From an uncultured Oscillospiraceae bacterium (lineage in GTDB: Bacteria; Bacillota; Clostridia; Saccharofermentanales; UBA5734): a stretch of DNA of 64,000 nucleotides. The number at the start of each line of letters is the position of its first letter. The stretch's first letter is position 1. The stretch lies in assembly GCA_963827665.1 (NCBI GenBank), contig CAWHBQ010000003.1, positions 90,405 to 154,404 on the forward strand, given 5' to 3'. This document shows, piece by piece, positions 37,874 through 49,901 of the stretch. A model generated the notes under the pieces. It was not told the DNA's origin. It saw nothing but the letters and a program-made list of their open reading frames with translations, and made no database searches. The translations under genes and the position numbers were made by a program.

Positions 37874-39325
37874 TCAGCGGGGCCTGCCGACAAGGAAGCC
37901 TTTGCTGATGGCATAGACATCATCGATTACCATCTGGAATCCGACGTTCCGTTTCTCGAATTTCGCACGTTCCGCCAGTTTGTCATGGTGGAAGGCCATG
38001 AGATCTGCAGTGAAAGGCAGATTGCCGGTGTCCAGCAAGCGCACCGCACCGTAATTATCCCTGGCCGGCAATATTTTACCCGCATTATAGACACTCGGGG
38101 CAAAAGGCACATCGAGCACACCAGCCTGGAAGGCGCGGATCGTGCCCTTCGCAAGATCCCCGTCACCAAGCAGGAAAGCCCGGTCGACCAGGCACCTGGT
38201 TTCCGCGAGAATGATGTCCATTTCCAATTCGAGCTCTCGGGTGAGCGGCATTTTCTGGTCTTTGAGCATGTTCACCACCTGCCGAGTGGTCTTGAGGCCT
38301 TCGGCATTGGCCTCCCGGGTTGGAACCCCCAGTGCCTCGTGCGGCGATTTGACGATCACTTTGGTCGCTCCGGCCAGGGCAGCGGTGGCAGCCCCCCAGG
38401 ATATGACACCGAATGCTTTTGCCGCGTCTGCCGGAAATCCGCCCATCCACTCGTGCAGCACGGTCGTCACGGTCACCTGGTGATAGCCATATTTTTCCAG
38501 GTATTCCCGGGCTAGTGTTTCCAAGGTCCGGATCGCCGCGATATCCTGCAGCAAGTTGCCGCACTGGCCGTAGCCGACGGTGATATTGCGGACCCCTTGT
38601 TCAGCCGCCAGGAGGCTTTCAATCACAGCGACGGCATGGGATATGCACGGCGGCACCAGGGTCCCGGTGAGCGGGCCGAAGGGTTCCCGGTTGATTGCGA
38701 TGCCGGCCTCCTCGTACAGACCAGTCAGTCGATCGACGTACTGCCAGTCGAGGATGGTCTTGTCCAGGGTAATGTTTTTCGAATAGGGAATATTGTAGGA
38801 TATTCCGCCGCCTTCAAAGGCGGTGAAACCACCGGCGATGCTGATTTCTGCCAGCAGGCGCGCATCCGGTGTGCCATGCCGGACCTGGACAGGGACGTTG
38901 ACGGCCTCGTTGATACTCCGGCAGATCGATACGCCATGGTTGACGATGGGAAAGCCATTCAAGAGCGACCGGCCGGCGCTGATGCTTTCCCGGATCCCGT
39001 TCTCCGCTTCCCTGTAGCGATTATGGCGGGTGTAACTGTCGACAGTCGTCGGGAGCAGGTCTGCCCCACCCTCACGCTCCAGGTAGCGGAGCAGTTCAAT
39101 CTGTTCCTGGGCCAGGGCAACGCCGGCCCGGGGCTGGGTCAGCGTCTCACCGGCGATCCTGGCCCGGTCGAGTTGAACGGTAAATACTTTCTGACTTGGG
39201 ATTTTCTGATGATAGCGCACAGCTTCGGCAAAATCGACATCTTTGCTGGTCGGCCATTGGGCGAATACTTCCTGCCGGGCTTTTGCAAGATCATTTTCGC
39301 TGAGCTTTTTGTTGGCGATATCCAT
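37874..39325 (-). CDS. glmE: Methylaspartate (glutamate) mutase, E subunit
   Basis: [56 protein letters not shown]. Confidence 0.96.
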   Translation of the reverse strand: MDIANKKLSENDLAKARQEVFAQWPTSKDVDFAEAVRYHQKIPSQKVFTVQLDRARIAGETLTQPRAGVALAQEQIELLRYLEREGGADLLPTTVDSYTRHNRYREAENGIRESISAGRSLLNGFPIVNHGVSICRSINEAVNVPVQVRHGTPDARLLAEISIAGGFTAFEGGGISYNIPYSKNITLDKTILDWQYVDRLTGLYEEAGIAINREPFGPLTGTLVPPCISHAVAVIESLLAAEQGVRNITVGYGQCGNLLQDIAAIRTLETLAREYLEKYGYHQVTVTTVLHEWMGGFPADAAKAFGVISWGAATAALAGATKVIVKSPHEALGVPTREANAEGLKTTRQVVNMLKDQKMPLTRELELEMDIILAETRCLVDRAFLLGDGDLAKGTIRAFQAGVLDVPFAPSVYNAGKILPARDNYGAVRLLDTGNLPFTADLMAFHHDKLAERAKFEKRNVGFQMVIDDVYAISKGFLVGRPR

Positions 39326-39380
39326 ACAGACCTCCAGTTCTTTGCGCTTGACGGACCGTTTCCAGGTTAAAGGCAGGTCA

Positions 39381-40763
39381 TTACAGCCTGGTCATGGCAT
39401 TTTTCATGATCCGCAGTGCGATGTCCGGGTTGGATTCAGCGAGCAGGCCCATGGCCGCCATGATGTAGTGCTGATCCAGAAGCAGTTCAGCTGAGCGCGG
39501 TTTAAGAATCGGAGATGCTTTCTTTTCCAGAGCCTCAGCCAGGATCTGGCGCGGATTCTGGCCATAGATGACCGGACCGCCGGTGCCGATCACGTGGCCG
39601 ACGCCGGTCAGGTCCTTACCGGTCTGGATATATTCGGCGCCAAACGGCGAATAAACGGTTTCAATCCGGCCGGCATGCCGTTCAGTTGCGACTTTGACCG
39701 CAACTCTGGCCAGGCCGACATCCAGATTCGCAACGCCATCGAATTCTCCGGGCAAAGTCGCCGGAAAATCGCCGACAAGGTCCAGGCAGCGCTGCAACTG
39801 TTCACCTGACAGACCGGATTTTTCACGGACAAGGTCGAAGCCGACCGAATCGATCAGGGCCTGGGCACTGATCCGAACCCCAAGGTCGCCTTCGACAGTG
39901 CGCTTGGCAAAAGGCTCGGGCAAACCTTTGGCAATCACATTCGCCTGGGTCGGTCTGCCATCCGCGATCGAACAGACATCGGTCGTCGCCCCGCCGACAT
40001 CGACAACCAGCAGGTCGCCGAGGCCAGGCTCGCTGGCGGTTCCCTGCGCCAGCAGGGTCGCTGCATTAAGGACAGCTGACGGTGTTGGCATCAGGATCCC
40101 ATCAATCAATTCCTGAACCCTGGTCAGACCTTTGGCCTGGATGATCTGGTGCAGGAACACCTCGCGGATGATTGCCCTGGCCGGGTCGATATTCAGGCTA
40201 TTGAATTCGGGCATGACATTTTCACTGATCCGGACCAGCTTGCCTGACACGGCCAGGATGTCGGACACTTGAGCGGCGACGGATTTGTTACCTGCGACTA
40301 CGACGGTAAAAGGCTGGCCGATGGCAGCGAGCGCCCGGGCGTTGTGCAGGATGACCTTGCTGTTGCCACCGTCCGTGCCGCCGGACAGCAGGATGATATC
40401 CGGCCGGAACTGGCTGATTTCCATTATTTCAGCTGGTGCCAGTTCAAAGGCATAGGTCTTCAGGACCTTGGCGCCGGCACTGAGGGCAGCCCTTCTGGCT
40501 GCCTCAGCCGTCAAGTCCGGAACCAGCCCGACGGCAATCATCTTCAGCCCACCGGCCGCACTGCTGCAGGCATATTTGACGGGGAAATCGCTGACACCGG
40601 TCAGCCGGTGCAGGTCTGCCAGCGCCTGCTCGAGACCGATGTTGATATCCGGCTCGACGGTTGTGAAAGCTTTCGCCGTGCCCAACATCCTCGCGGCTTC
40701 CAGATCGACAGCCGTGACCTTGGTATAGGTGCTGCCGATGTCGATCAGCAAAACCGGCTGCAC
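39381..40763 (-). CDS. glmL: Glutamate mutase accessory/reactivating protein
   Basis: [47 protein letters not shown]. Confidence 0.95.
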   Translation of the reverse strand: MQPVLLIDIGSTYTKVTAVDLEAARMLGTAKAFTTVEPDINIGLEQALADLHRLTGVSDFPVKYACSSAAGGLKMIAVGLVPDLTAEAARRAALSAGAKVLKTYAFELAPAEIMEISQFRPDIILLSGGTDGGNSKVILHNARALAAIGQPFTVVVAGNKSVAAQVSDILAVSGKLVRISENVMPEFNSLNIDPARAIIREVFLHQIIQAKGLTRVQELIDGILMPTPSAVLNAATLLAQGTASEPGLGDLLVVDVGGATTDVCSIADGRPTQANVIAKGLPEPFAKRTVEGDLGVRISAQALIDSVGFDLVREKSGLSGEQLQRCLDLVGDFPATLPGEFDGVANLDVGLARVAVKVATERHAGRIETVYSPFGAEYIQTGKDLTGVGHVIGTGGPVIYGQNPRQILAEALEKKASPILKPRSAELLLDQHYIMAAMGLLAESNPDIALRIMKNAMTRL

Positions 40764-40765
40764 GG

Positions 40766-41227
40766 TCAGGTAGCTCTCTGATCGCGGTTAGTGTCGGCAG
40801 CTAGTTCATGGCTGATTTCAACGCCCAAATCGCAGCTGACATCGGCGATCGCCTGGTCCGGCAAGGTCCCAGGCGGATAGACCCGCGTGAAACCCATCGC
40901 CTTGAACTTCTGCTCGACGAGTGTGAAATCGGTTTTGCCGACGACCAGATTGCCGCCAATATACAGGGGGATCTGTTCAAGACCGGCTTCAATGAATTTT
41001 TCTTTAAGTCCGCGGCAGTCGATCTCGCCGTGGCCATACAGAGATGAGACGAGAACTGCATCGGCAGCCGTTTCAATCGCTGCCTTGACATACTCTTCCT
41101 GGGTGACCATCACCCCCAGGTTGACCACTTTGAAGCCAGCCTGGCGAAAAGCATAGTCGAGGATTTTATTGCCGACCGCGTGGACATCGGCGCCAATCAC
41201 ACCCATGACGATCGTTCTGGTTTTCAT
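40766..41227 (-). CDS. glmS: Methylaspartate (glutamate) mutase, S (B12-binding) subunit
   Basis: DVHAVG B12 motif, SSLYGHG, GGNLVVG. Confidence 0.95.
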   Translation of the reverse strand: MKTRTIVMGVIGADVHAVGNKILDYAFRQAGFKVVNLGVMVTQEEYVKAAIETAADAVLVSSLYGHGEIDCRGLKEKFIEAGLEQIPLYIGGNLVVGKTDFTLVEQKFKAMGFTRVYPPGTLPDQAIADVSCDLGVEISHELAADTNRDQRAT

Positions 41228-41373
41228 TTAAGCAGACCACCTCCAAAAGGTTGATCGTCCTGGAAGATCAATGCAGGCAGATCCTTAAAAGAGGACGGGA
41301 TCAAAAGACCTGTTCGGTCGATCGATACTACTTAAATTGTAATCCCTATTGATCGTTTCAGACAGGCAGCAGC

Positions 41374-41406
41374 AAAAAAATGGCCCCGCAATCGCATGCG
41401 GAGCCA
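41374..41406 (-). terminator. Terminator after the Clp ATPase gene
   Basis: TGGCCCCGCA/TGCGGAGCCA stem with an A7 tract. Confidence 0.7.
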
Positions 41407-41449
41407 ATGTTTATGGGTTCGGGTCGTGATCATGTTTATTTTTTAACGG

Positions 41450-43843
41450 TCAGAGCCATTCAAGTTGGATCGCGCCATCCTTGACATCGGCCGAGACGCC
41501 CGAGGCGTTGGCCAGTTTACCGGACAGGATCAGGTCGGACAGCGGATCCTCCAGCAGGCGCTGGATGGTCTTGCGCAGCGGCCGGGCGCCGTACTTGGGA
41601 TCGTAGCCCTTCTCGGCCAGGAAATCCTTGACCGCATCGGTGACGACAAAACGCAGGTCCTTGGTCTTCAGCTGGGCGATGACTTCGTTGAGCATCAGGT
41701 CGACGATCTGGCGGATCTCTTCGCGCGAGTCAGCTCGTGGAAGACGATGATCTCGTCGACGCGGTTGAGGAATTCCGGCCGGAACATCTCTTTGAGTACC
41801 GTCTGGACGCGGCTTTCCAGGGCGACATAGCCTTCGGCGCCGAACCCGAAGGCATTGGCCTTGAGTGTGGTGCCGGCGTTGCGAGGTCATGACGATGATC
41901 GTGTTTTCGAAGCTGACCAGACGGCCGTGGCTGTCGGTCAGACGGCCATCGTCGAGGATCTGCAGCAGGATATTGAACACATCGGCGTGGGCTTTCTCGA
42001 TTTCGTCGAGCAGGATGACGCTGTAGGGTTTGCGGCGGATCTTCTCGGTCAGCTGGCCGCCGTCGTCATAGCCGACGTAGCCGGGCGGCGAGCCGATCAG
42101 CTTGCTGACGGTATGCGGTTCCATGAACTCGGACATGTCGAGGCGGACCATGGCGTCTTCGCTCTCGAACATCGCTTCGGCGAGGGCTTTGACCAGTTCG
42201 GTCTTGCCGACGCCGGTCGGGCCGACGAAGATAAAGGACGCCGGCTTGTGCTTCTTGCCAAAGCCGGCGCGGTTGCGGCGGATCGCCCGGGCCAGGGCGG
42301 AGACGGCCTGTTTCTGGCCGATCAGCCGCTGGTGCAGGCGGTCTTCCAGATGCAGCAGCTTTTCGGATTCACTTTCAGCTGATCCGCTGGACTGGAATAC
42401 CGGTCCACATTTCGACCACGCGGGCAATGTCCTCTAGTGTAATCGGCGGTCGGCTTGTTCTGTGCTTCCAGCTGCTGAGTTCATTCTTCGGCGCGCAGCA
42501 GGCGGGAGCGCAGTTCAGCCTGCTTTTCGTACAGGTGGACATCCTCCGGGCTGCCGGCAATGCGGCTTTCCAGTGCTTCCTGCTCACGCTTCAGGGCTTC
42601 GAGGGTCTCGCGGCATTGCTCGAGCTTGGATCAGGGTCATGTCGCGCAGATTGGCGCTGTGAACCGGCTTCGTCCAGCAGGTCGATCGCCTTGTCCGGCA
42701 GGAAACGGTCGGTGATGTAGCGGTCAGCCATCGGACAGCCAACTCGATCACTTCATCTGAATACGTCACATGGTGATGGACTTCATAGTAATCGCGGATG
42801 CCTTTAAGGACTTCGATCGAATCGGCGCATCGACGGCTCATCGACGATGACCTTCTGGAAACGACGCTCCAGGGCTGAATCTTTTTCGATGAAACGGCGG
42901 TATTCGTCCAGTGTCGTCGAGCCGATGCACCCGGATTTCGCCCTTGGCCAGGCCGGCTTGAGGATGTTGGCGGCATTCATGGCGCCTTCGGCATCACCGG
43001 CGCCCATGATGTTGTGCAGCTCGTCGATCACCAGGATGATGTTGCCGCATCGGCGGGCATCGTCGACGACGCCTTTCATCCGGCTTTCAAACTGGCCGCG
43101 GAACTGGGTGCCGGCGACCATGGCCGTCATGTCGAGCAGATAGACTTCCTGGTGCAGCAACTTGGCCGGGACCTCGCCGGCGCTGATCTTGACCGCGAGA
43201 CCTTCGGCGATGGCGGTCTTGCCGACGCCGGGTTCGCCCAGCAGAACCGGGTTGTTCTTGGCGCGGCGATTGAGGATCTGGATGACCCGCGCCAGTTCTT
43301 TCTTGCCGGCCGATGATGCGGTCGATCTTGCCCTCGCGGGCTTTGGCAGTCAGATTGGTGCCGAATTGGTCGAGGAATTTGCGCCGTTTGTCCGTCTTGG
43401 CGCGGTCGCCGTTGCGCGATCGACCGCTTTCGCGGGCATTCTGGCGGGCTTCGCTGACTTCGTCGGATTCCTGCCGACCGCTGCCGGCAGCAGTTCATTG
43501 CTGCCTTTGCTGTCACTGTCATCATCGGAACTGCCTCAGTCAGATCCTGGTCGACACTGCCGGTCAGGCTCGTCCATGTCCAGGCTGCCGCTGATCAGGG
43601 ATTTGAAACAGGCTTTCCGGGCTCTGGCCGTCCATCTGGGACATGACATTGTTCATCCGGTCGGTCAGTTCGTCGATATTGCCGTCGTTGATACCGGCCT
43701 TGGCAGAACAGTTCGTCCATGCCGCCGAGGCCGGTCCGGTAAGCACATTTCAGGCAGAGGCCTTCGCTGATGCGCTGGCCGTTTTCAAAGCGGGTCGTAA
43801 AGACCACCGCGACATTCTTTTTGCACATGACACATTTAGCCAT
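41450..43843 (-). CDS. Clp protease ATP-binding subunit (ClpE/ClpC-like, N-terminal Zn finger), multiply frameshifted in this sequence
   Basis: Fragments give MAKCVMC...[52 protein letters not shown]. Many single-base indels, probably sequence error. Confidence 0.88.
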
Positions 43844-43868
43844 TCGAGTTATTGATTTCCTTTTCTTT

Positions 43869-46792
43869 TCATGGGCAAATGCCTGGACCGGCAAATGCGT
43901 CCGGTTCGGCTGTTCGGAGCATCTCGGCCAGGTACTGGCCTGTATAGGACGCCGGAACCGCCGGCCACTTGCTTCCGGAGTGCCTGTCGGCGATGATGTA
44001 GCCGCCGGCATCGCCGCCTTCCGGACCGAGGTCGATGATGTAGTCTGCGGTCTTGATGACATCGAGATTGTGCTCGATGACCAGGACGGTATTACCATTT
44101 TCAGTCAGCCGGGTAAAATGTCAACCAACTTGTGCACGTCGGCGATATGCAGGCCGGTTGTCGGTTCGTCGAGGATGTAGAAGGTCTTGCCCGGTGCCGC
44201 GGCGGGACAGCTCGGTCGCCAGCTTGACCCGCTGGGCTTCGCCGCCGGACAGCTGGGTCGAGGGCTGGCCGAGGCGGATGTAGCCGAGGCCGACATCAAA
44301 CAGGGTCTGCAGTTTGCGGGCGATCCGCGGGATGCTTTCAAAAAAGCTCAAGCGCTTCTTCGACCGTCATGTCCAGGACTTCGGCGATATTCTTGCCCCT
44401 TGAAACGGACTTCCAGTGTCTCGCGGTTATAGCGCTGCCCTTGCAGACATCGCAGGTGACGTAGACATCCGGCAGGAAATGCATCTCGATCCGGTTGACC
44501 CCGTCGCCGCTGCAGGCTTCGCAGCGGCCGCCCCTGACGTTGAAGCTGAAACGGCCCTGCTTGTAGCCGCGAGCGCGGGCGTCCTGGGTGCTGGCAAACA
44601 AGTCGCGGATCAGGTCGAACACGCCGGTGTAGGTCGCCGGATTGGAACGCGGTGTCCGGCCGATCGGCGACTGGTCGATGGCGATGACCTTGTCAAGGTA
44701 CTCCATCCCTTCTATCGGTCTGGCAGGCGCCGGGATAGCGGCGGGCGCCGTTCAGGTCGCTGGCCAGCTTCTTGAGGATGATGCCGTTGACCAGCGAACT
44801 CTTGCCGGATCCGGAAACACCGGTGATGCAGGTCATCACGCCGAGCGGAATGCGGACATCGATATTCTTGAGGTTATTTTCACGCGGCGCCGCGCACGAC
44901 CAGCCAGTGACCGTTGCCGGGTTGGCGGCGGCTCGCCGGGATGTCGATCTTCTTGCGGCCGGCTCAGGTATTGGCCGGTGATCGAATCCGGCACTGGCCA
45001 TGATCTCTTCGGCAGTGCCCGGTCGCGACGACATAGCCGCCGTGTTCGCCGGCCCCTGGCCCCATGTCGACAATATAGTCGGCTTCGCAGCATCGTCTCT
45101 TCGTCGTGTTCGACGACCAGGACCGTGTTGCCGAGGTCGCGCAGGCGCTTCAGGGTCGCCAGCAGGCGGGCGTTGTCCCGCTGGTGCAGGCCGATGCTTG
45201 GCTCGTCCAGGATATACAGCACGCCCATCAGGCCGGAGCCGATCTGGGTGGCCAGCCGGATCCGCTGGGCTTCGCCGCCGGACAGGGTCGCTGAAGCTCG
45301 CGCCAGGGTCATGTAGTCAAGGCCGACATCGACCAGGAATCCCAGACGGGCATCGAGCTCCTTGCGGATCTGTTCAGCGATCTGGGCCTGACGCGGCGTC
45401 AAGACTCAAGCTTGGCGAGAAAATCGCGAGCCTGGCGGATCGGCAGATTGGTCAGCTCGATGGATATTCAGGTCGCCAACCGTAACCGCCAGGCTGTCCG
45501 GCTTCAGGCGGGCGCCCTTGCAGACCGGGCAGGGTGTGACCGACATGAACTGCTCGTAATAGTCTTTCATGTCGTCGGAGCTGGTTTCGCGGTAGCGTTT
45601 TTCCAGGCTGGGGACGACGCCGATCCAGTCGCGTGGTAGGTGCTGCCATGCGAATATTTGCTGTTGGTCGTGTCGACGGTCAGGACTTCGCCGTCATTGC
45701 CGAACAGGATGATTTTCCGGATGTCAGCCGGCAGATTCTCGAAAGGGGATATCAAGCGAAAACTGGTAGCGGGCGGCCAAAGCTTCGATGAAAGCCCGGG
45801 CCCAGCTGTCGCTTTCGGCAAAATTCCAGCCACCGGCGCGAATAGCCCCTTCGTTGAGCGACAGGCGAGGGTCGGATACGCACCAGCTCCGGGTCGATAT
45901 GGCTCATCTGGCCAAGCCCGGTGCATTCCGGACAGGCGCCATAGGGATTGTTGAACGAGAACATCCGCGGGGTGATCTCTTCCAGGCTGATGTTGCAAGT
46001 CGTGGCAGGCGAAATTCTGGGAAAACATGATTGTTCCGACTCCTGGCGGACCATGTCACCCTCCTCACTTTTCTGCTGGACCTGGACCAGCAGCAGGCCG
46101 TCGGACAGATGCAGGGCGGTTTCGATCGAGTCGGTCAGGCGCGAACGGATCCCTGCGCCGCATGACCAGCCGGTCGATGACCACTTCGATGGTGTGTTTG
46201 TGGTTCTTTTCCAGCTTGATCTCTTCATCGAGATCAAAGACTTCGCCATCGATCCGCACCCGGACATAGCCGGCTTTGCGGAAATCATCAAACAGTTTGG
46301 CGAATTCGCCTTTGCGGCCACGGACAACCGGTGACATCAGGATCAGGCGGGTGCCTTCCGGATAGCTTTCGAGAATTGTCGATCATCTGGTCGATGGTCT
46401 GGCGTTCGATCACCTGGCCGCAGTGCGGGACAGTGCGGCGTCCCGATCCGCGCATATAGAAGGCGCAGGTAGTCATAGATTTCGGTGACTGTGCCGACGG
46501 TCGAACGCGGATTCTTGCTGGTCGTTTTCTGGTCAATCGAAATGGCCGGTGACAAGCCTTCGATATGGTCGACATCCGGCTTCTCCATCTGGCCGAGGAA
46601 CTGGCGCGCATAGGAGGACAGCGATTCGACATAACGGCGCTGACCCTCGGCATAGATCGTGTCGAACGCCAGGGAGGATTTGCCGGAACCTGATACACCG
46701 GTGAGGACAACGAGCTGGTCGCGCGGGATTTCCAGGTTGATATTCTTCAGGTTGTGCTCGCGAGCACCTTGGATCTTGATTACTTGTTTCAT
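43869..46792 (-). CDS. uvrA: Excinuclease ABC subunit A, multiply frameshifted in this sequence
   Basis: [68 protein letters not shown] spread over roughly ten ORF fragments. Confidence 0.92.
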
Positions 46793-46801
46793 GAAGTCCT
46801 T

Positions 46802-47659
46802 TTACTGCTGCCGCTTCCAGGTCGTTCGATATTTTCCCGGTGCCAGGCCGACAATTTTAAAAAATATGCTATGGAAATGGTTGATATTATTATAACCGAC
46901 CCTTGTCGCGATTTGCGTAACACTGAAACTGGTGTTCAACAGCAAAGATTGGGCTTCGCCAATCCGCCGCCGGATCACATACTGCATCGGTGAATACTCG
47001 GTAAAAGCCTTGAAAATATGCGACAGGTAAAACTGGTTGATATGCAGGGTGTCAGCGATCTGCCCGAGGGTGAGGTCTTCCAGGTAATGGGCATCCAGAT
47101 AGTCCTTGATTTCCTGGCCCAACGCTTTCTCATCCGTCACGAGTTGCCGGCTAGCCTTCTGGATTAGATTGTCGATCATCACAATCATCGCCCACAGCAG
47201 ATAATTGGCGATTTCAGTGTGCCGAACATCATTGGCAACTGTCTCTTGGTAGATCTGTTCAAACAGCTGGTGCAGCGATTCAAATGACGCCCCGCTTGGG
47301 AAAACCGCGTGGAAGTATTGTGGGACAAATTGATTCAGTTCGCGATCCTGAAGCTTCAGGTCGGTCACTGCCAGGCTGTAGACAACCATATCCGCTTCGG
47401 GGCTCGCACTTTCATCATGGATCGCACCCCGATTATAGATGACAATATCGCCAGCAGTAGCCCGATAATTCGTTCCATCGATGATGTAGTGGCCTTCGCC
47501 GCTACAGACCAGGAGGATTTCAATCCGGTCGTCATGCTGATGCATGACGCGTGGCATTTGGCTGAAATTGCCCTGGGCCTGGCAGACGGAAAGCAGCCTC
47601 GGTTGTGAACCGAGGACAAAACTCGACTTGAAGGGCTTTTCGCTGGTATAGAAGGCCAT
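46802..47659 (-). CDS. AraC family transcriptional regulator
   Basis: Cupin MHQH..IE; HTH region YLSHIFK...VGYNNINHF. Confidence 0.93.
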   Translation of the reverse strand: MAFYTSEKPFKSSFVLGSQPRLLSVCQAQGNFSQMPRVMHQHDDRIEILLVCSGEGHYIIDGTNYRATAGDIVIYNRGAIHDESASPEADMVVYSLAVTDLKLQDRELNQFVPQYFHAVFPSGASFESLHQLFEQIYQETVANDVRHTEIANYLLWAMIVMIDNLIQKASRQLVTDEKALGQEIKDYLDAHYLEDLTLGQIADTLHINQFYLSHIFKAFTEYSPMQYVIRRRIGEAQSLLLNTSFSVTQIATRVGYNNINHFHSIFFKIVGLAPGKYRTTWKRQQ

Positions 47660-47973
47660 TTAAGCTCCTGGTTTCTTTTGTTGGATAATATTTCCATTTT
47701 ACACGATCATCTCAAACCTTGCACATTTGCCGAGGCCTGACGCCTGTCATGACAGCGATCGCAAGAAACCATAGACCTGATTTGAAGGTGATGAAAATTA
47801 CCGGATTTCCCAGTTTGAATTGAGCAAGAATCGGGCATTCAAAGTTACAAACAAGGACTATACTTCGAGTATAGCTTATGGAAACAATCACGGGTCAGCT
47901 CAGGTCACACGCAACGGACAGCTTGGGTTATGGAACAGGAAAAAGACTTCTAATTAAATGGAGGAAAAAGAGC

Positions 47974-48771
47974 ATGCTGAAAAGAGACATCCACATCGAA
48001 TCCCTTTACGAAGAACTGCCCTTTGAACAGCGGTTTGCAGCAGCCAAAAAAGATGGCTTCGACTATGTCGAATTCTGGGGCTGGGATAACAAGGACCTGC
48101 CGGCTGTCAAACGCCTGCTGGACGAGAACGGCTTGAAAATGGCGACAATGTCCGGTGACGGACCGCTTTCGATGTGTGACCCGGTCAACAAGGCGCCCTA
48201 TATCGAATACATCAAGCAGGCTATCGAAGCTGCGAAAATCGTCGCCTGCCCGACCCTGGTCATTCATTCGGATTCCTTGCAGGATTGGCCGCAATACGCC
48301 AAACCGATGTCTGGTGACTATTCCGACGCCACCCGTTACTGTGCCATGTTCGATGTCCTGAAGGAAATCACGCCGCTGGCTGAAGCCGCCGGGATCACCT
48401 TCGTGCTCGAAGCCCTGAACATCGAAAAAGATCATTGCGGCAATTTCCTCAATACAACCAGGCAGTCGATCGACCTGGTTGCCGCGATCGGTTCACCAAA
48501 CCTGAAGATCCTGTATGATGCCTATCATATGTACCTCGACGAGGGTAAAATCTGTGAGACAACCGAGAAATACCTGCCTTATATCGGCCACATCCATATT
48601 GCCGATGCCCCTGGCCGCCACGAACCCGGCACCGGCGTGATCAACTTCAGGAATTTTATGAAACACCTGGCCAGGATCGGCTATGCAAACTCAGTCGGCT
48701 TCGAACTCTACGCAGAAAGCGGGACCGAAAAAGCTGTCCAGGCGATTCGCGAGTGTTCCGACGGGATCTGA
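47974..48771 (+). CDS. Hydroxypyruvate isomerase (Hyi)-family TIM-barrel protein
   Basis: GFDYVEFW, LEALN, LYDAYHM, HIHIADAPGRHEPGTG; GGAGG RBS. Confidence 0.88.
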   Translation: MLKRDIHIESLYEELPFEQRFAAAKKDGFDYVEFWGWDNKDLPAVKRLLDENGLKMATMSGDGPLSMCDPVNKAPYIEYIKQAIEAAKIVACPTLVIHSDSLQDWPQYAKPMSGDYSDATRYCAMFDVLKEITPLAEAAGITFVLEALNIEKDHCGNFLNTTRQSIDLVAAIGSPNLKILYDAYHMYLDEGKICETTEKYLPYIGHIHIADAPGRHEPGTGVINFRNFMKHLARIGYANSVGFELYAESGTEKAVQAIRECSDGI

Positions 48772-48817
48772 GCCTTAAAGCTATCATCTAAATATGCGCT
48801 ATTCAATTAGTGCCACT

Positions 48818-48860
48818 CAACAGCGGATCTCCTGAAACCAGGTGGTCCGCTGTTCATTTT
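48818..48860 (+). terminator. Terminator after the Hyi-like gene
   Basis: AACAGCGGA/TCCGCTGTT stem followed by T-rich sequence. Confidence 0.6.
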
Positions 48861-49043
48861 AATAAGTAGATGAAAAAGCCCAGGTCGGTGTTCTTCATGA
48901 CTGGAATATTGGACGTTTATCCAATATTCCAGGTGGGAACACTTTCCGGAGCTCTTTCAGAGGAGAAAAAAACACTGCATTTATGGGTTGGGCTGGTTGG
49001 GGGGCTGGTTAAATCGAGAGGGATTCGAATGGGGGGATTCGAA

Positions 49044-49883
49044 TCAGTCGAGGGTGAAGTGGCGGCTGACAACAGCGGCGGACTTTTCTTTGGCGATGGT
49101 CAGGCACTCTTCGGCCGGGAGCTTGTAGTATTCCGGACGGAAGAGTTCGACGGAGATCGCGCCGGTGTAGCCTTTTTTAGCCAATGTGCCGAGGATGCCG
49201 TCGAGGTCGACAGCGCCGTCGCCAGGCCAGAGGCGGTTTTCGTCACTGCCCTGACCGACCGGGAGATCTTCCGCATCGTCGAGATGGACGATAAAGACTT
49301 TGTTGACGTCGCAAGCTTCAAGCGCGGACATCTTGGAGTTCATGGCATGGAAATGGTAGCAGTCCAGGGTCACGCCGACATTGTCGCGTTCGCAAGCCAC
49401 AGCGATATCCATCGCCTGTTCAAACGTGTTGACGGTGTGGACCGGTGAGCCACAGAACTCGATGCACAGCTTGACGCCGTAAGGATTGGCGATATCGGCC
49501 AGTTTGCGGTACATGCGCACAGTCTCGTCCTTGATTTCGGACTTGGTCTTGATGCCCTGGTCCCAGTTGCAGACACCGATGACGATTTTGCAGCCGATTT
49601 TTTCGCCGACTTCGCACATGTATTTCAGTGTATCGACGATCTTCTGTTCGCCGGCTTCATCATTGAAGGTTACCGGATAGAGGGTGTTGAAAGCCAGTGG
49701 TTTGATCTTGCTGGTCTTGAAAAAGGCAGCCAGATCTTCAACGGTGTGGGTATCGAGGTATTCCGGCAGTTTGTCCATGGTGCGGATTTCGATGTAGTCA
49801 TAGCCGAGCTTTTCGCCGATGACCAGATCCTTCTCGAGGGTTGAGTTGCCGATGGTGGTCGCTTCGTTAAATCCTAGTTTCAT
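49044..49883 (-). CDS. iolI: Inosose isomerase IolI-like sugar isomerase
   Basis: MKLGFNEATT, GYDYIEIR, DCYHFHAM, HLDDAED, RLWPGDG, SVELFRPEY. Confidence 0.8.
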   Translation of the reverse strand: MKLGFNEATTIGNSTLEKDLVIGEKLGYDYIEIRTMDKLPEYLDTHTVEDLAAFFKTSKIKPLAFNTLYPVTFNDEAGEQKIVDTLKYMCEVGEKIGCKIVIGVCNWDQGIKTKSEIKDETVRMYRKLADIANPYGVKLCIEFCGSPVHTVNTFEQAMDIAVACERDNVGVTLDCYHFHAMNSKMSALEACDVNKVFIVHLDDAEDLPVGQGSDENRLWPGDGAVDLDGILGTLAKKGYTGAISVELFRPEYYKLPAEECLTIAKEKSAAVVSRHFTLD

Positions 49884-49901
49884 AAGTGAATCTCCTTGTA
49901 A

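Noticed and set aside
41228-41449. Cobalamin riboswitch upstream of the mutase operon
   Set aside because: No B12-box or other conserved elements seen, and the space is short.
41450-46792. Programmed frameshifting or true pseudogenes in clp and uvrA
   Set aside because: Too many scattered indels without slippery sites, with motifs intact; sequence error is more parsimonious.
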